In this document: positions 29,450 to 40,766 of the stretch, piece by piece
Position numbering within the stretch: the stretch's first letter is position 1
How the letters are laid out: every line of letters begins with the position of its first letter
Sequence record: SRR31156797_2900
Strand: one strand, 5' to 3'
DNA: 48,574 nt
Notes under the pieces: model-generated
The model's input: only the letters and a program-made list of their open reading frames with translations
Database searches by the model: none
Told to the model about the DNA's origin: nothing
Position numbers and translations under genes: made by a program

Positions 29450-31927
29450 TTAGAACAACTCATCTCCCCCCTCTGAAGAGTAAATGTCATCCGAGATAGT
29501 CTCAGCGACATACTCTTTAGGCTCGGTCCCTTTTAGGAAGTACTCAAACATAGATGTTGAGTCTTGCTTGTTGGTCAACAGGCCAGTATCACGATCGATT
29601 CTGACTCTCACGATTTCATTTGGTAGAACTTTGTCTTGTTCTGAAACGTCTTCTAAAGCTACACCCATGAAGGATATCCATGCTGGTTGAGCTGTTTTCG
29701 CTCCCGCTTCTGCACCAGAAACATCGTCTTCGATGTTCGGATTTGGTGTTGTTCTACCAAGGTTACGGCTATGTTCATCAAAACCTACCCATGCGGTAGC
29801 AACAAGGCCTGGTGCATAACCGTTATACCAAGCATCTTTTGAATCGTTGGTTGTACCTGTTTTACCACCAATGTCGCGGCGTTTTAGCACCTGAGCACGC
29901 CAACCTGTACCATTCCAGCCGGTCTTTTCTGCCCAGTTCCCACCGCCCCAAATGTTGCTGTACATCATTTCACGCACAAGGAATGCAGTCTGCTCGGAGA
30001 TCACTTGTGGAGCGTAATGTGAATCTGCATCTTGCTCGTTGAACTCATTTTCTGGTTTAGCGCAGTCTTTGTGGCAGACGATAGTCGGTTGTGCTGCAAA
30101 CTCTAAGTCACCGTAAGGACCCTCAACCTTCTGAATGTAATAAGGTTCAACATAGTAGCCACCGTTGGCAAAGACAGAGAAGCCTTGTACCATTTTTACT
30201 GGTGTTAAACTGCCAGCACCGAGAGCAATCGTTTCAGACTTAGGCAGTTGGTCAATATTGAATCCAAAGCGAGTTAAGTATTCACGAGTCTCGTCTAAAC
30301 CAACTTCACGCAGTACTCGAACAGCCATAACGTTTTTCGATTGAGCAAGACCGATACGAATTCGAGTTGGACCACCATAAGTCGGTGGGGAGTTTTTCGG
30401 ACGCCACGCTGTTCCCTGACTTTTATCCCACTGGTTTACAGGCGCGTCGTTGATAAGTGAAGCGAGTGTCAGTCCTTTATCGATGGCAGCCGAGTAGATA
30501 AATGGTTTGATACTTGAACCCACTTGGCGTACCGACATGGTTGCTCGGTTGAACTTGTTGTGAACGAAGTTAAATCCACCAACAAGTGCTTCAATAGAGC
30601 CATTTTCAGGGTTCATTGCAACAAAAGCGGTATTCGCATTTGGAACTTGGCTCAGAGCCCATGTTGGCTCTGAGGAATCTTGCTGTGTTAACTGACGAAC
30701 CCAAACTTGTTCACCCGCAGCGAGTATATCTTCGGTGCTGGTTGGTAGAGGGCCTTGGCGATCATCAGTGATAAAGCGACGCGCCCAGTTCATGCCATCC
30801 CAGTTCAAGGTGAATTGACCTTGATTCTTAACCCATACTTGAGCTGATTTAGCCTCAGTACTTAGAACTACCGCTGGCGATAACTCGCCATACGTTGGCT
30901 CATTCTTTAAATGATCAACGATTTGTTCTTCGGTCCATACGGCTTGGCCTGGTTTCCAAAGTGTCTTTTCTGCTCCACGATAGCCGTGGCGCTGATCGTA
31001 ATCGAGTAAGTTGTTAATCGCGGCTGTATTCGCTGCGGCCTGTAATTTTGAATCTACAGTGGTGTAGATGTTCATGCCCGATGTATAGGCATCTTCACCG
31101 TAACGTTCAATCATCCAAGCTCGTGCAATTTCCGCCACATAAGGCGCATTGAGCTCAATTTCGGCACCGTGGTATTTGGTCGGCAATACTTCCTGGCGAG
31201 CTTGTTCAAACTGTTCTTGGGTGATGTAGTTTTCAGCTAGCATACGAGCCAGTACTACATTTCGACGGTTAGTCGCGCGTTCCAGTGAGTAGATAGGGTT
31301 CATGGTTGAAGGCGCTTTTGGCAAGCCTGCAATCATTGCAACTTCACCAAGAGTTAAATCCTTCACTTCTTTACCAAAATAAGATTGAGCAGCCGCGCCG
31401 ACACCATATGAGCGATAGCCTAAGTAAATTTTATTCAGATAAAGTTCAAGTATTTCATCTTTGGATAGCAACTGCTCAATATGGATTGCGATAAAAATCT
31501 CTTTGATCTTACGCATAATCTTCTTTTCATTGGTTAAGAAGAAGTTTCGAGCGAGCTGCTGAGTAATGGTACTTGCCCCTTGTGATGCGCTGCCCGAAGC
31601 GACGACAGCAATCGCAGCACGAGTAATACCGATAGGGTCAAAACCAAAGTGGTCATAGAAGCGAGAGTCTTCTGTTGCAATAACGGCTTCTAGCAGTTCA
31701 GGCGGCATATCCTCTAATCTAAGTGGAATACGACGTTTCTCACCAAACTGTGCGATGAGCTTGCCATCTTTACTGAAGACTTGCATTGGAGTTTGTAACT
31801 GAACATCACGTAGGGTAGCTACGTCAGGCAGCTCTGGTTTTACATAGTAGTAAAAGCCAAAAATTGTACTGACTCCAAGAGCTATGCAAATCAATGAAAA
31901 AATAAATAAACGCTTTATGAACTTCAC
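29450..31927 (-). CDS. mrcA: Penicillin-binding protein 1A
   Basis: EDSRFYDH and GASTITQQL (transglycosylase); SSIK, SKN and KTG (transpeptidase); GTG start; divergent from pilM. Confidence 0.98.
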   Translation of the reverse strand: MKFIKRLFIFSLICIALGVSTIFGFYYYVKPELPDVATLRDVQLQTPMQVFSKDGKLIAQFGEKRRIPLRLEDMPPELLEAVIATEDSRFYDHFGFDPIGITRAAIAVVASGSASQGASTITQQLARNFFLTNEKKIMRKIKEIFIAIHIEQLLSKDEILELYLNKIYLGYRSYGVGAAAQSYFGKEVKDLTLGEVAMIAGLPKAPSTMNPIYSLERATNRRNVVLARMLAENYITQEQFEQARQEVLPTKYHGAEIELNAPYVAEIARAWMIERYGEDAYTSGMNIYTTVDSKLQAAANTAAINNLLDYDQRHGYRGAEKTLWKPGQAVWTEEQIVDHLKNEPTYGELSPAVVLSTEAKSAQVWVKNQGQFTLNWDGMNWARRFITDDRQGPLPTSTEDILAAGEQVWVRQLTQQDSSEPTWALSQVPNANTAFVAMNPENGSIEALVGGFNFVHNKFNRATMSVRQVGSSIKPFIYSAAIDKGLTLASLINDAPVNQWDKSQGTAWRPKNSPPTYGGPTRIRIGLAQSKNVMAVRVLREVGLDETREYLTRFGFNIDQLPKSETIALGAGSLTPVKMVQGFSVFANGGYYVEPYYIQKVEGPYGDLEFAAQPTIVCHKDCAKPENEFNEQDADSHYAPQVISEQTAFLVREMMYSNIWGGGNWAEKTGWNGTGWRAQVLKRRDIGGKTGTTNDSKDAWYNGYAPGLVATAWVGFDEHSRNLGRTTPNPNIEDDVSGAEAGAKTAQPAWISFMGVALEDVSEQDKVLPNEIVRVRIDRDTGLLTNKQDSTSMFEYFLKGTEPKEYVAETISDDIYSSEGGDELF

Positions 31928-32068
31928 CGGAGAATCCCTGTTTAGTTGAGGCTGCCTTAATGCAAACCCTAGTACTCTAAGCTAACAATGTAGCTCTCTA
32001 AAGTTGTTACCGCTTATTAGCCAATTAAATAGGCGTTATAGCGGAGCTTTTTATTGGAGAAGAGCTAT

Positions 32069-33061
32069 ATGGTTCAAGCAATAATTGGTGTCGATATTGG
32101 CCACCATAGTATTAAAGCAGTGGTCCTAAAACCAGCGGGCGACAAGTATACGCTGTTAGGTTATCAGGAAATTACTGTTAGTGAGGATATTTTCACTGAT
32201 AACCATACGCTGGATTATCAGAAAATTGTAAAGAAACTCAAAGAACTAAAAAAGGGGTTACCACGATTTAGTCGAAAAGTTGCGGTTACCATTCCTGATA
32301 CAAGCGTAATAAGTAAAGTATTACAGATAGATAGCGAACTGAATTCTCATGAAAAAGAGTTCTCGATTCAGCACGCTTTTACCCACCAATCACCTTATTC
32401 CAGTGAAGACCTCTGTTTTGACTTTGTTTCAATCACTGATGGCGTAAATAACGACTCGATATTAGCCCAGCAGAGCCTGGAGGCATTTCATGTCTATGCT
32501 AGCAAAAAGGATGTGATAGAAAGCCGTAGCTTCGCACTCGAAAAAGCGGGTTTCCTGCCAGTTCTGGCTGACGTTCATAGCCATAGTCTCGTTCATTTGT
32601 GGCAACGATTGAGTCAGACATATCAAAGTTATGACTGGATGCTGGTTGATGTTGGGCATAAACAAACTTCTCTATGCATGGACCTGATTAATCAGCCTCC
32701 ATTTTATAAATCGATTGCGATGGGAGCGGACGGTTGTATTCATTCACAAACTCTACCATCAGAGGCGCTATTGGTATTAGCCGACAATATTACTAGCCAG
32801 ATTATGAGGTTTGTGTCGGTTAATGGAGCGCATAGCGTCAATGGAATATGGTTGTGTGGTGGTGGAGCGAACAACGAGCAGTTGTTGCATGCATTAGCTG
32901 AGAAGTGCGACATGATGTGTGGCGTGGTTGACCCATTCTCTCTTTTCATTGATAAAGCCAATACACGGCACCGATGCACGCAATATCCAACCAACTTCGC
33001 TACAGCAACCGGCATTGCTCTGCTGGGGCTCAATTGGTTGGAGGCTGAACATGTTGCATAG
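32069..33061 (+). CDS. pilM: Type IV pilus assembly protein PilM
   Basis: IGVDIGHHSIK, LVDVG, WLCGGGA actin-like motifs; position in mrcA-pilMNOPQ-aroK; ATG at 32069 (alternative TTG at 32054). Confidence 0.92.
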   Translation: MVQAIIGVDIGHHSIKAVVLKPAGDKYTLLGYQEITVSEDIFTDNHTLDYQKIVKKLKELKKGLPRFSRKVAVTIPDTSVISKVLQIDSELNSHEKEFSIQHAFTHQSPYSSEDLCFDFVSITDGVNNDSILAQQSLEAFHVYASKKDVIESRSFALEKAGFLPVLADVHSHSLVHLWQRLSQTYQSYDWMLVDVGHKQTSLCMDLINQPPFYKSIAMGADGCIHSQTLPSEALLVLADNITSQIMRFVSVNGAHSVNGIWLCGGGANNEQLLHALAEKCDMMCGVVDPFSLFIDKANTRHRCTQYPTNFATATGIALLGLNWLEAEHVA

Positions 33062-33629
33062 CATTAATCTGCTCCCTTGGCGTGAGAGTCAAAAGAGGGC
33101 TTATAAACGACGCTTCGTTTATTACCTGTTGTTAGTCAGTGTGGTTGCACTTTCGTTACAGTGGTTAGTAAGCGGGTACTTGGACTATCAGCTTAAGGCA
33201 CAGCAACAGCGCACCGTCTTCCTCCATCAGCATATTTCCAGGCTCGATCAGCAAATAATGTCTCTTAACCATGCGGAGCTGCAACATCAAGATTTAGCGA
33301 CTCGACTGGCAACGGTGGAGTCATTACAAGCCAAGAGAAATAAAACCACTCAACTCATGGAACTGGTTCCCCAATGGATCCCTGAAGGTGTTTATATCGA
33401 TCAAATGACCATGAATGGTCACCGCATTGTGATTCGTGGCATCAGTGATAATACCGCGCGATTAGCAACCATGTTGAATCTTCTGGAGAGTTCACCGCTC
33501 GTTACTGAGCTTGAAATGCATTCCATCGTATCGGGTCATTATCGGTTTAATAAGAAGTTTCAGAGTTTCGAAGTCTCATTTTTATTTGACGAGCGGAAGG
33601 TTGTCGCCCGGGAGGTGATCAATGGATGA
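33051..33629 (+). CDS. pilN: Type IV pilus assembly protein PilN
   Basis: INLLPWRE signature, TM helix, IPEGVY; start MLHSINLLP at 33051. Confidence 0.95.
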   Translation: MLHSINLLPWRESQKRAYKRRFVYYLLLVSVVALSLQWLVSGYLDYQLKAQQQRTVFLHQHISRLDQQIMSLNHAELQHQDLATRLATVESLQAKRNKTTQLMELVPQWIPEGVYIDQMTMNGHRIVIRGISDNTARLATMLNLLESSPLVTELEMHSIVSGHYRFNKKFQSFEVSFLFDERKVVAREVING

Positions 33630-34212
33630 TTTCAAAAATCTAGAGCTAGATGAAATTATGGAATGGCCACGGTTGGCTCAAGGGGCTGTGTTGGCGTTGT
33701 TATTCATAGCGATACAAGTGGTGGGGTACGGTTTCTACCTGCTACCTAAGCAGGAGCAAGTAGATATATTGGTAGCGAAAGAGCAGGATCTGAAAACTGA
33801 GCTAAAGATAAAAGCTGATAAGGCTGCGCGCTTGCCTCAGTTTACTGCTCAGATGGAACAACTTTCTCAACGATACAATTATTTGTTGCAACAACTCCCG
33901 GAGCAAAAAGAACTTGCCAATATACTGGCTTCAGTCAACGAGCTTGGAATTCAGCATCAGTTAGTAATCAGTCGAATTGAGTGGGATAACAAAGATCATC
34001 TGCAGTTTTTATATCGCATACCACTGAGTATTGAGTTAGCCGGTCACTACCATGATATCGCTCTGTTTTCACAGGCGATAGCTCAACTTCCTCGCATCAT
34101 TTATTTCGAACATGTGGATTGGCAAAGAAGCCGAGAGGATAGCCAATTATTGAACGTGAATATTCAGGCTTATACCTATCAATATAGAGAGGAAGAAAAG
34201 CATGAAAAATAG
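33622..34212 (+). CDS. pilO: Type IV pilus assembly protein PilO
   Basis: EWP-TM, coiled coil, QLP..KE...L, G.YHDI..F; operon position. Confidence 0.93.
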   Translation: MDDFKNLELDEIMEWPRLAQGAVLALLFIAIQVVGYGFYLLPKQEQVDILVAKEQDLKTELKIKADKAARLPQFTAQMEQLSQRYNYLLQQLPEQKELANILASVNELGIQHQLVISRIEWDNKDHLQFLYRIPLSIELAGHYHDIALFSQAIAQLPRIIYFEHVDWQRSREDSQLLNVNIQAYTYQYREEEKHEK

Positions 34213-34723
34213 TGCTCTCATGTTTGTTATATTTTCGTTCTTTTTAGTGGGTTGTCAGGCCAATGATGAGCCTCTGCCCAACTACATTGAACAAATCAAA
34301 GAGTTATCCCGCAAAGAAACTAAGTCCGTTCCTTCTGCTTCACCTTTTGCCGTCTTTAGATATACCCAACAAAGCTCGAGACAACCATTTGAGTTGCCAG
34401 TGGAGGCGGTGGCCTTAAATCAACCAAAGGTGGACAAAGGTTGCTGGCAGCCAGACAAGAGAATAAAGGCAACGACGCTGGAAGGGCTCACGATTGAGCA
34501 ATTGGCATTTAAAGGGGGAATTAGTCGTGGCAGCAAAATATCCGCATTGATATCGACGCCTGAAGGCCATCTGGTTTCTGTCAACGAGCAAGATCACATA
34601 GGTAGTCATCATGCACGAGTCTCTGAGATTACTGAGCAATATCTGGTCGTTAATGAGACATTGCCTGATGGTTTAGGTTGCTGGAGCCAAAGAAGCATTA
34701 AGTTAGCGATGAAGTTACCCTAG
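34202..34723 (+). CDS. pilP: Type IV pilus assembly lipoprotein PilP
   Basis: Lipobox LVG-C, R.PF motif; lies between pilO and pilQ. Confidence 0.9.
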   Translation: MKNSALMFVIFSFFLVGCQANDEPLPNYIEQIKELSRKETKSVPSASPFAVFRYTQQSSRQPFELPVEAVALNQPKVDKGCWQPDKRIKATTLEGLTIEQLAFKGGISRGSKISALISTPEGHLVSVNEQDHIGSHHARVSEITEQYLVVNETLPDGLGCWSQRSIKLAMKLP

Positions 34724-34732
34724 GAGACAACA

Positions 34733-36472
34733 ATGAGCAAAAACCTTCTTATTAGGTACAAAATAGTGTTCAAAAACTGGCTGTTAGTGGTTGGCTGCTG
34801 CGTTTCTCTTTCTGCTTTAGCCGCCACATCGGAGGCAGAAAACAAGCAACTTAATGGTATCGATTTTAGTCTCGATAAGGATAAATCTGCCGTCATTGCG
34901 TTTGAACTAGACGCGAGCCCTGTTGATGCAGAGATTCGCCGAACACCTAATGGCTTAAACATTGAACTGCAAAATACGACAATACCTGATGAGTCTCTAT
35001 CTATTATTGATGTTTCGGATTTCGTAACCGTTGTCGACAGTATCGAAGTATTTCGCTACAACAATGCCGGATTAGTTGAAGTGAACATCAATGGCAATTA
35101 TCGTTACCACTATCAGTCTCGGGGGAATACTCTCGAAGTCGTCGTTCAACAACCTGAGCAGGATAAGCATCCCGAGCTCCTCGCCACTCAAAATAACCAA
35201 CCGATCTCAATTAACTTCCAAGATATTCCTGTTCGCAGTGTGTTGCAGCTGATAGCTGACTATAACGATTTCAACTTAGTGGTTTCTGATTCGGTGAGCG
35301 GTAACATTACACTGCGCCTTGACAGTGTACCTTGGCAAAAAGCGCTGGATATTATTCTTGAGTCGAAAGGCCTAGATAGACGGGTTGATGGCAGCGTGAT
35401 TTTAGTCGCTCCCAAAAGTGAGCTGGCTAAAAGAGAACAGCAGCAACTCGAGCAGGCTCGAATGGAGGAATCACTCGCTGATTTGCATTCAGACATTGTC
35501 AAAATCAGTTTCGCTAAGGCGTCAGATATTGCCAATATGATTGATGGAGATGGCGAACTGAGTATGTTGTCTGAACGCGGCTCTATTAGCATTGATGAGA
35601 GAACGAATGCGTTGTTAATTCGGGAACTGCCAGAGAATATCGCAGTGATTAAGGAGATTGTTCACGCTCTGGATGTACCCGTTAAGCAAGTTCAAATTGA
35701 AGCTCGAATTGTCACTGTCAATGAAGGTGATTTGGAAGAGTTAGGGGTACGTTGGGGACATACATCCACCAATGGGAGCTTTACCTCAGGGGCTAGTATT
35801 GAAGGTAATCTTTTTGCGTCGGGTTTATATGAACCGAGTGGTGAGAGTCATAAGGGAGAGGGTAAACAGCTTCCGATAGACGACTTTCTCAATGTTAATC
35901 TAGCGGCTACTGCTGCAGGTGCGTCTAGTATCGCATTTCAGGTGGCGAAGTTAGGCGCAGATACCCTGTTGGATTTAGAACTCTCAGCACTGCAACGCGA
36001 ATCCAAAGCGGAAATCATTTCAAGCCCAAGACTTATCACCACCAATAAGAAACCAGCCTATATCGAGCAAGGCACGGAGTTACCTTATTTGGAAGCGTCC
36101 TCGAGTGGCGCGACAACCGTATCTTTTCGAAAAGCGGTCCTAAGTTTAATGGTCACGCCACAAATAACGCCAAATAATCAGCTAGTACTGGATCTTAATG
36201 TGACCCAAGACCGTGTAGGAGATGTCGTAAAAACTGGGGTGGGGGAGGCGGTTGCCATTAACACTCAGCGTATTGGTACTCAAGTTCTGGTAAATAGCGG
36301 AGAAACGGTGGTTCTAGGTGGTATTTATCAGCACGGGGTGACCAGTTCAGTTGAGAAAGTTCCTCTGCTTGGCGATATACCTCTGTTAGGGGCATTGTTT
36401 CGTCGTAGCTATGAAAAGACAGGGAAAAGTGAGTTATTAATTTTCGTGACTCCTAAGGTTGTTATTCAATGA
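34733..36472 (+). CDS. pilQ: Type IV pilus secretin PilQ
   Basis: ISINFQDIPVRSVLQ, DERTN, QVQIEARIV, GETVVLGG, KVPLLGDIPLLG.LFR, ELLIFVTP. Confidence 0.97.
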   Translation: MSKNLLIRYKIVFKNWLLVVGCCVSLSALAATSEAENKQLNGIDFSLDKDKSAVIAFELDASPVDAEIRRTPNGLNIELQNTTIPDESLSIIDVSDFVTVVDSIEVFRYNNAGLVEVNINGNYRYHYQSRGNTLEVVVQQPEQDKHPELLATQNNQPISINFQDIPVRSVLQLIADYNDFNLVVSDSVSGNITLRLDSVPWQKALDIILESKGLDRRVDGSVILVAPKSELAKREQQQLEQARMEESLADLHSDIVKISFAKASDIANMIDGDGELSMLSERGSISIDERTNALLIRELPENIAVIKEIVHALDVPVKQVQIEARIVTVNEGDLEELGVRWGHTSTNGSFTSGASIEGNLFASGLYEPSGESHKGEGKQLPIDDFLNVNLAATAAGASSIAFQVAKLGADTLLDLELSALQRESKAEIISSPRLITTNKKPAYIEQGTELPYLEASSSGATTVSFRKAVLSLMVTPQITPNNQLVLDLNVTQDRVGDVVKTGVGEAVAINTQRIGTQVLVNSGETVVLGGIYQHGVTSSVEKVPLLGDIPLLGALFRRSYEKTGKSELLIFVTPKVVIQ

Positions 36473-36508
36473 CTTATGGGCATTATTCGCAATGAGGGAA
36501 AATTAAAG

Positions 36509-36537
36509 TTGCATTAGTGCCATCAGATCTAGATAAT
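36509..36537 (+). promoter_or_regulatory. Putative sigma70 promoter of the aroK-aroB-damX-dam operon
   Basis: TTGCAT-17 nt-GATAAT. Confidence 0.5.
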
Positions 36538-36657
36538 TTCGGGTCTTATCACGAATTATCTGTGAGGAATAGGTGCCACAAGCATTCCTATCGTTGACTT
36601 ATGTCTGGCGAACTTGTGGCGATGTCATTGAATTAACGTTGTAAATTACTGCTAAAC

Positions 36658-37176
36658 ATGGCTGAGAAACGCAATATTTTTCTTGTCGGCCCAATGGGCG
36701 CTGGCAAAAGTACAATTGGTCGTCACCTGGCTCAACAACTGCATATGGAGTTTGTAGACTCTGATACAGTGATTGAAGAGCGCACAGGTGCTGATATCGC
36801 ATGGGTATTTGATGTTGAAGGTGAAGACGGCTTCCGTAAACGTGAAGAAAACGTCATTAATGATCTCACTGAACAACAGGGTATCGTTCTAGCAACCGGT
36901 GGTGGCTCAGTAATGAGCAAAGAAAACCGTAACCGCCTATCTGCACGTGGTATTGTTGTATATCTAGAAACAACTATCGAAAAGCAGCTTGCTCGCACCA
37001 ACCGCGATAAAAAACGTCCTTTACTACAAACGGACAGCCCAAGAGAAGTTCTTGAAAGCTTGGCTGATAATCGTAACCCTCTGTATGAAGAAATTGCGGA
37101 TATTACCGTACGTACAGACGATCAAAGTGCAAAAGTGGTAGCCAACCAGATCGTAAAAATGCTAGAAGAACATTAA
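36658..37176 (+). CDS. aroK: Shikimate kinase I
   Basis: [33 protein letters not shown]. Confidence 0.99.
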   Translation: MAEKRNIFLVGPMGAGKSTIGRHLAQQLHMEFVDSDTVIEERTGADIAWVFDVEGEDGFRKREENVINDLTEQQGIVLATGGGSVMSKENRNRLSARGIVVYLETTIEKQLARTNRDKKRPLLQTDSPREVLESLADNRNPLYEEIADITVRTDDQSAKVVANQIVKMLEEH

Positions 37177-37202
37177 TTTGTTCTTTTTATGGAGTGCATA
37201 CC

Positions 37203-38288
37203 ATGGAACGGATCACTGTCAGTCTAGGTGAACGTAGCTATCCAATCTCAATTGGTGCCGGATTATTTAATGATCCGGCTCTTCTTTCTTTATCCTCAAA
37301 ACAAAAAGTGGTTGTGATCACAAACCATACGGTGGCCCCACTGTATGCAAAGCAGATCATGACTCTTCTTGATCAAAAAGGCTGTATCAGCTCTCTACTT
37401 GAGCTGCCAGACGGCGAAAAATACAAGACGCTTGAAACCTTTAATACGGTGATGAGCTACCTGCTTGAGAATAACATCAGTCGTGATGTCGTTATTATTG
37501 CTCTTGGTGGTGGTGTTATCGGAGATCTCGTTGGGTTTGCTGCTGCTTGTTACCAACGCGGCGTTGATTTTATTCAGATACCGACAACCCTGCTTTCTCA
37601 GGTTGACTCTTCAGTCGGTGGTAAAACTGCGGTTAACCACCCTCTGGGAAAAAATATGATTGGGGCGTTTTACCAGCCTAAGTCAGTGATTATCGATACC
37701 AACTGCTTATCCACACTGCCAGCTAGAGAATTTGCTGCCGGAATGGCCGAAGTGATCAAGTATGGTATTATCTACGACCAAGAATTTTTCGTTTGGCTAG
37801 AACAACATATGGAAGAGTTGTACGCGTTAGAAGAGCAAGCTTTGACGTATGCGATTGCCCGTTGTTGTCAAATAAAAGCCGAAGTTGTTGCTCAAGATGA
37901 GAAAGAGTCCGGTATTCGCGCACTGTTAAATTTAGGTCATACTTTTGGCCATGCTATTGAAGCTGAGCTGGGGTATGGTAATTGGTTACATGGTGAAGCG
38001 GTTTCTGCTGGCACTATGATGGCTGCGAAAACGGCTCAGCTGCAAGGTTTGATTACGCAGCAACAAGTCGACCGAATTCTGGCTATATTTAACAAAGCGA
38101 AATTGCCGGTTCAAACACCTGAAAGTATGTCATTTGAAGATTTCATCAAGCATATGATGCGTGACAAGAAAGTTCTCTCAGGTGAATTGCGTTTAGTTTT
38201 ACCGACCAGTATCGGTACTTCTGAAGTCGTTAAGGGTGTTCCGGAAGCCATTATTAAGCAGGCGATTGATTATTGCCGCACAATTTAA
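37203..38288 (+). CDS. aroB: 3-dehydroquinate synthase
   Basis: [38 protein letters not shown]; start MERITV. Confidence 0.99.
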   Translation: MERITVSLGERSYPISIGAGLFNDPALLSLSSKQKVVVITNHTVAPLYAKQIMTLLDQKGCISSLLELPDGEKYKTLETFNTVMSYLLENNISRDVVIIALGGGVIGDLVGFAAACYQRGVDFIQIPTTLLSQVDSSVGGKTAVNHPLGKNMIGAFYQPKSVIIDTNCLSTLPAREFAAGMAEVIKYGIIYDQEFFVWLEQHMEELYALEEQALTYAIARCCQIKAEVVAQDEKESGIRALLNLGHTFGHAIEAELGYGNWLHGEAVSAGTMMAAKTAQLQGLITQQQVDRILAIFNKAKLPVQTPESMSFEDFIKHMMRDKKVLSGELRLVLPTSIGTSEVVKGVPEAIIKQAIDYCRTI

Positions 38289-38353
38289 GGTTGGCGCTTA
38301 GGGCTCGCAGTTAGAGTTGCGCCAGTATGATGCTGTTTGCCGTAGGATGAACC

Positions 38354-39874
38354 ATGAGCTTAGCGCATGTATTGGAGTTAGATTCACAAACTGAGTTATT
38401 AGAGCGATTGCAGCTTTTAACCCGGTTTGGTTCAAGTTTGGTCAATGTATGTGGAAGCCAAGGGGCTGGTAAGTCTTGGCTTGCTCAACGTTTTCTTGAA
38501 GCTTGGGCTGATGATAAAAACCAATCGTTACTCATGTGTCATCCTAATCAAGATGATGAACAGCGTCGTACCACTATTCTCTCCCAACTCAGTTCTGAGT
38601 CACTGTTCAATCCCAAAGATTCGTTATCTCAAAGCTTCTCCCATATGTTTGATCAAAGTCGTTGCGACATCGTAGTCGTTATCGATGATGCTCACCTTTT
38701 GTCGGAAACCATGGTATCTGAACTGTGGATGTGGATTTTAGAATCGCAGACTAACCCGCTTTGGACCGTCAATGTTGTTATGTTTGCTCAAGCAACAGGC
38801 TTAGATGCGTTGTTGACTCGGTTAAGTTATGGTCAGGAACTCAAACCTGTTGATTTAGAAGTCGAACTTTTGACTAGAGATGAAGCAGATCGCTTGTTTG
38901 AACAGCGAGTTATGCGTTATGTTGAGGATGAGCATGAGCGACGCGTACGTGCCGCTTATAAAAAAGTGAAACACTTACCGGGGGAAATTATGGCGTTGGG
39001 AGAACAGAAGGCAGAAAAGCGGATTGTTATTCGCTCAATTATTGGTTCGCCAGTGAATGCCGCGTTAATAATTGTGGTACTTCTGCTCATGATTGGAGGA
39101 GGCTACTGGTGGTGGCTATCTCAACCTTCTCCCGATGATAAAGCTCAGCAGTTGACTCTTGCACAGCAACAAACTCAGACGGTTATTCCCACCTTGAATG
39201 GGATGGAAGAATCTTCTGACGCAAGCCAACTGGCGGCGAATGAGAACATGGCTACTACGCCTGACGCAGCCAATGATAGTGGCGCTATTGATGACTCATC
39301 AGCTCTGCCACCGGATGTGATGGAAATGAGTGATGGTGTTGGTGTCGCAGATGATGACCAACAACGTGTGGTCATTACCTCAGATGTGGTTGACGCGCTG
39401 TTAGAAGGGAAACCTGAAACAGCAGATACCAGCGATATCGATAACTTGGTGGAAGAGAGCTCCGTGACACAAACGGACGTGTCTACACCGGCACAGACTG
39501 TCAGTGTTCAACAAGTCGAGCCAGAGACTGAAGTTAACCAACCTGAAACGGCACCAGAAACCCGAATTACGTTCTCATTTGCTCGAGAGCAACTAAAAGC
39601 GATGTCTCCCCGCAGTTATACGCTACAACTTGCCGCGGTTAACTCATTAGCCGATGCCCAAAAATTTATCGATACTTATCAGTTACAAGGCGAAGTGAAT
39701 GTGTACCCAACATTAAGAAATGACGTGGAGTGGTACATCATCACATATAGCAACTATCCAACCATTCAATTGGCCAGAGATGCGGTAGAGACGTTATCCA
39801 AACCGCTGCAAAACTTAGGTCCGTGGGCAAAATCTTTAAGCCAAGTGCAAAGAGAAATCGATCGTGCGAAATAA
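38354..39874 (+). CDS. damX: DamX-like cell division protein: N-terminal P-loop domain, TM helix, acidic linker, C-terminal SPOR domain
   Basis: GSQGAGKS Walker A and VVIDDAH Walker B; TM helix near aa 235-255; SPOR motif YTLQL...WY...Y......A......L......PW; lies between aroB and dam. Confidence 0.85.
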   Translation: MSLAHVLELDSQTELLERLQLLTRFGSSLVNVCGSQGAGKSWLAQRFLEAWADDKNQSLLMCHPNQDDEQRRTTILSQLSSESLFNPKDSLSQSFSHMFDQSRCDIVVVIDDAHLLSETMVSELWMWILESQTNPLWTVNVVMFAQATGLDALLTRLSYGQELKPVDLEVELLTRDEADRLFEQRVMRYVEDEHERRVRAAYKKVKHLPGEIMALGEQKAEKRIVIRSIIGSPVNAALIIVVLLLMIGGGYWWWLSQPSPDDKAQQLTLAQQQTQTVIPTLNGMEESSDASQLAANENMATTPDAANDSGAIDDSSALPPDVMEMSDGVGVADDDQQRVVITSDVVDALLEGKPETADTSDIDNLVEESSVTQTDVSTPAQTVSVQQVEPETEVNQPETAPETRITFSFAREQLKAMSPRSYTLQLAAVNSLADAQKFIDTYQLQGEVNVYPTLRNDVEWYIITYSNYPTIQLARDAVETLSKPLQNLGPWAKSLSQVQREIDRAK

Positions 39875-39944
39875 ACCTGAGCTTGGGTCTAAAATATGTT
39901 ACATTTCGCAGCCTTATTTTTGTGGTGATGATTTAGAGCAGTAG

Positions 39945-40766
39945 ATGAAAAAGCAGCGTGCCTTTCTGAAATGGGCTGGGGGAAAATATGGCCTGGTCGA
40001 AGACATTCAACGCCACTTACCACCTGCTGATGAGTTAGTTGAGCCGTTTGTTGGGGCTGGGTCGATATTCTTGAACACAGAGTTTAAGCATTATCTTCTT
40101 GCTGATATCAACCCTGACTTGGTCAATCTTTATAACCTTCTTAAAGAGCAGCCTGAAACTTACATTTCAGAGGCTAAGCGTTGGTTTGTTCCCGAAAATA
40201 ATCGCAAAGAGTTTTACTTAGACGTTCGTGCCCAATTCAATGGCACGAATGAAGTGATGTATCGTTCTTTAGCCTTCCTGTATATGAACCGCTTTGGATT
40301 CAATGGGCTGTGCCGTTATAACAAGAAAGGCGGTTTCAACGTGCCTTTTGGTTCGTATAAAAAGCCGTATTTCCCTGAAGCTGAACTGGAGTTCTTTGCT
40401 GAAAAAGCGAAGCGAGCGACATTTATTTGCGCGGGGTACGAAGAAACGTTCCGTCGAGCGGGAAAAAACAGCGTGGTGTATTGCGATCCACCGTATGCAC
40501 CACTGTCGAACACGGCTAACTTTACTTCCTATGCCGGAGCTGGCTTTACGCTGGATGATCAGGCGGCATTGGCTGATATCGCTGAGAAAACCGCAACAGA
40601 ACGTCATATTCCAGTGTTGATTTCTAACCACGATACCATTTTGACTCGTCGTTTGTACCACGGTGCAGAACTCAATGTGGTTAAAGTGAAGCGAACCATT
40701 AGCCGTAATGGTGCTGGCCGCAACAAAGTCGATGAACTGTTGGCATTGTTTAAAGCGCGCTCTTAA
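39945..40766 (+). CDS. dam: DNA adenine methyltransferase Dam
   Basis: FLKWAGGK, EPFVGAGS, FNGLCRYN, YCDPPY. Confidence 0.99.
   Translation: MKKQRAFLKWAGGKYGLVEDIQRHLPPADELVEPFVGAGSIFLNTEFKHYLLADINPDLVNLYNLLKEQPETYISEAKRWFVPENNRKEFYLDVRAQFNGTNEVMYRSLAFLYMNRFGFNGLCRYNKKGGFNVPFGSYKKPYFPEAELEFFAEKAKRATFICAGYEETFRRAGKNSVVYCDPPYAPLSNTANFTSYAGAGFTLDDQAALADIAEKTATERHIPVLISNHDTILTRRLYHGAELNVVKVKRTISRNGAGRNKVDELLALFKARS

Noticed and set aside
32069..36472. Secretin-containing operon as a novel secretion system
   Set aside because: It is the standard pilMNOPQ between mrcA and aroK.
38354..40766. P-loop protein next to a DNA methyltransferase as a possible defence or restriction system
   Set aside because: This is the conserved aroK-aroB-damX-dam-rpe-gph-trpS operon. 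The P-loop protein has a TM helix and SPOR domain, and Dam is the orphan housekeeping methylase.
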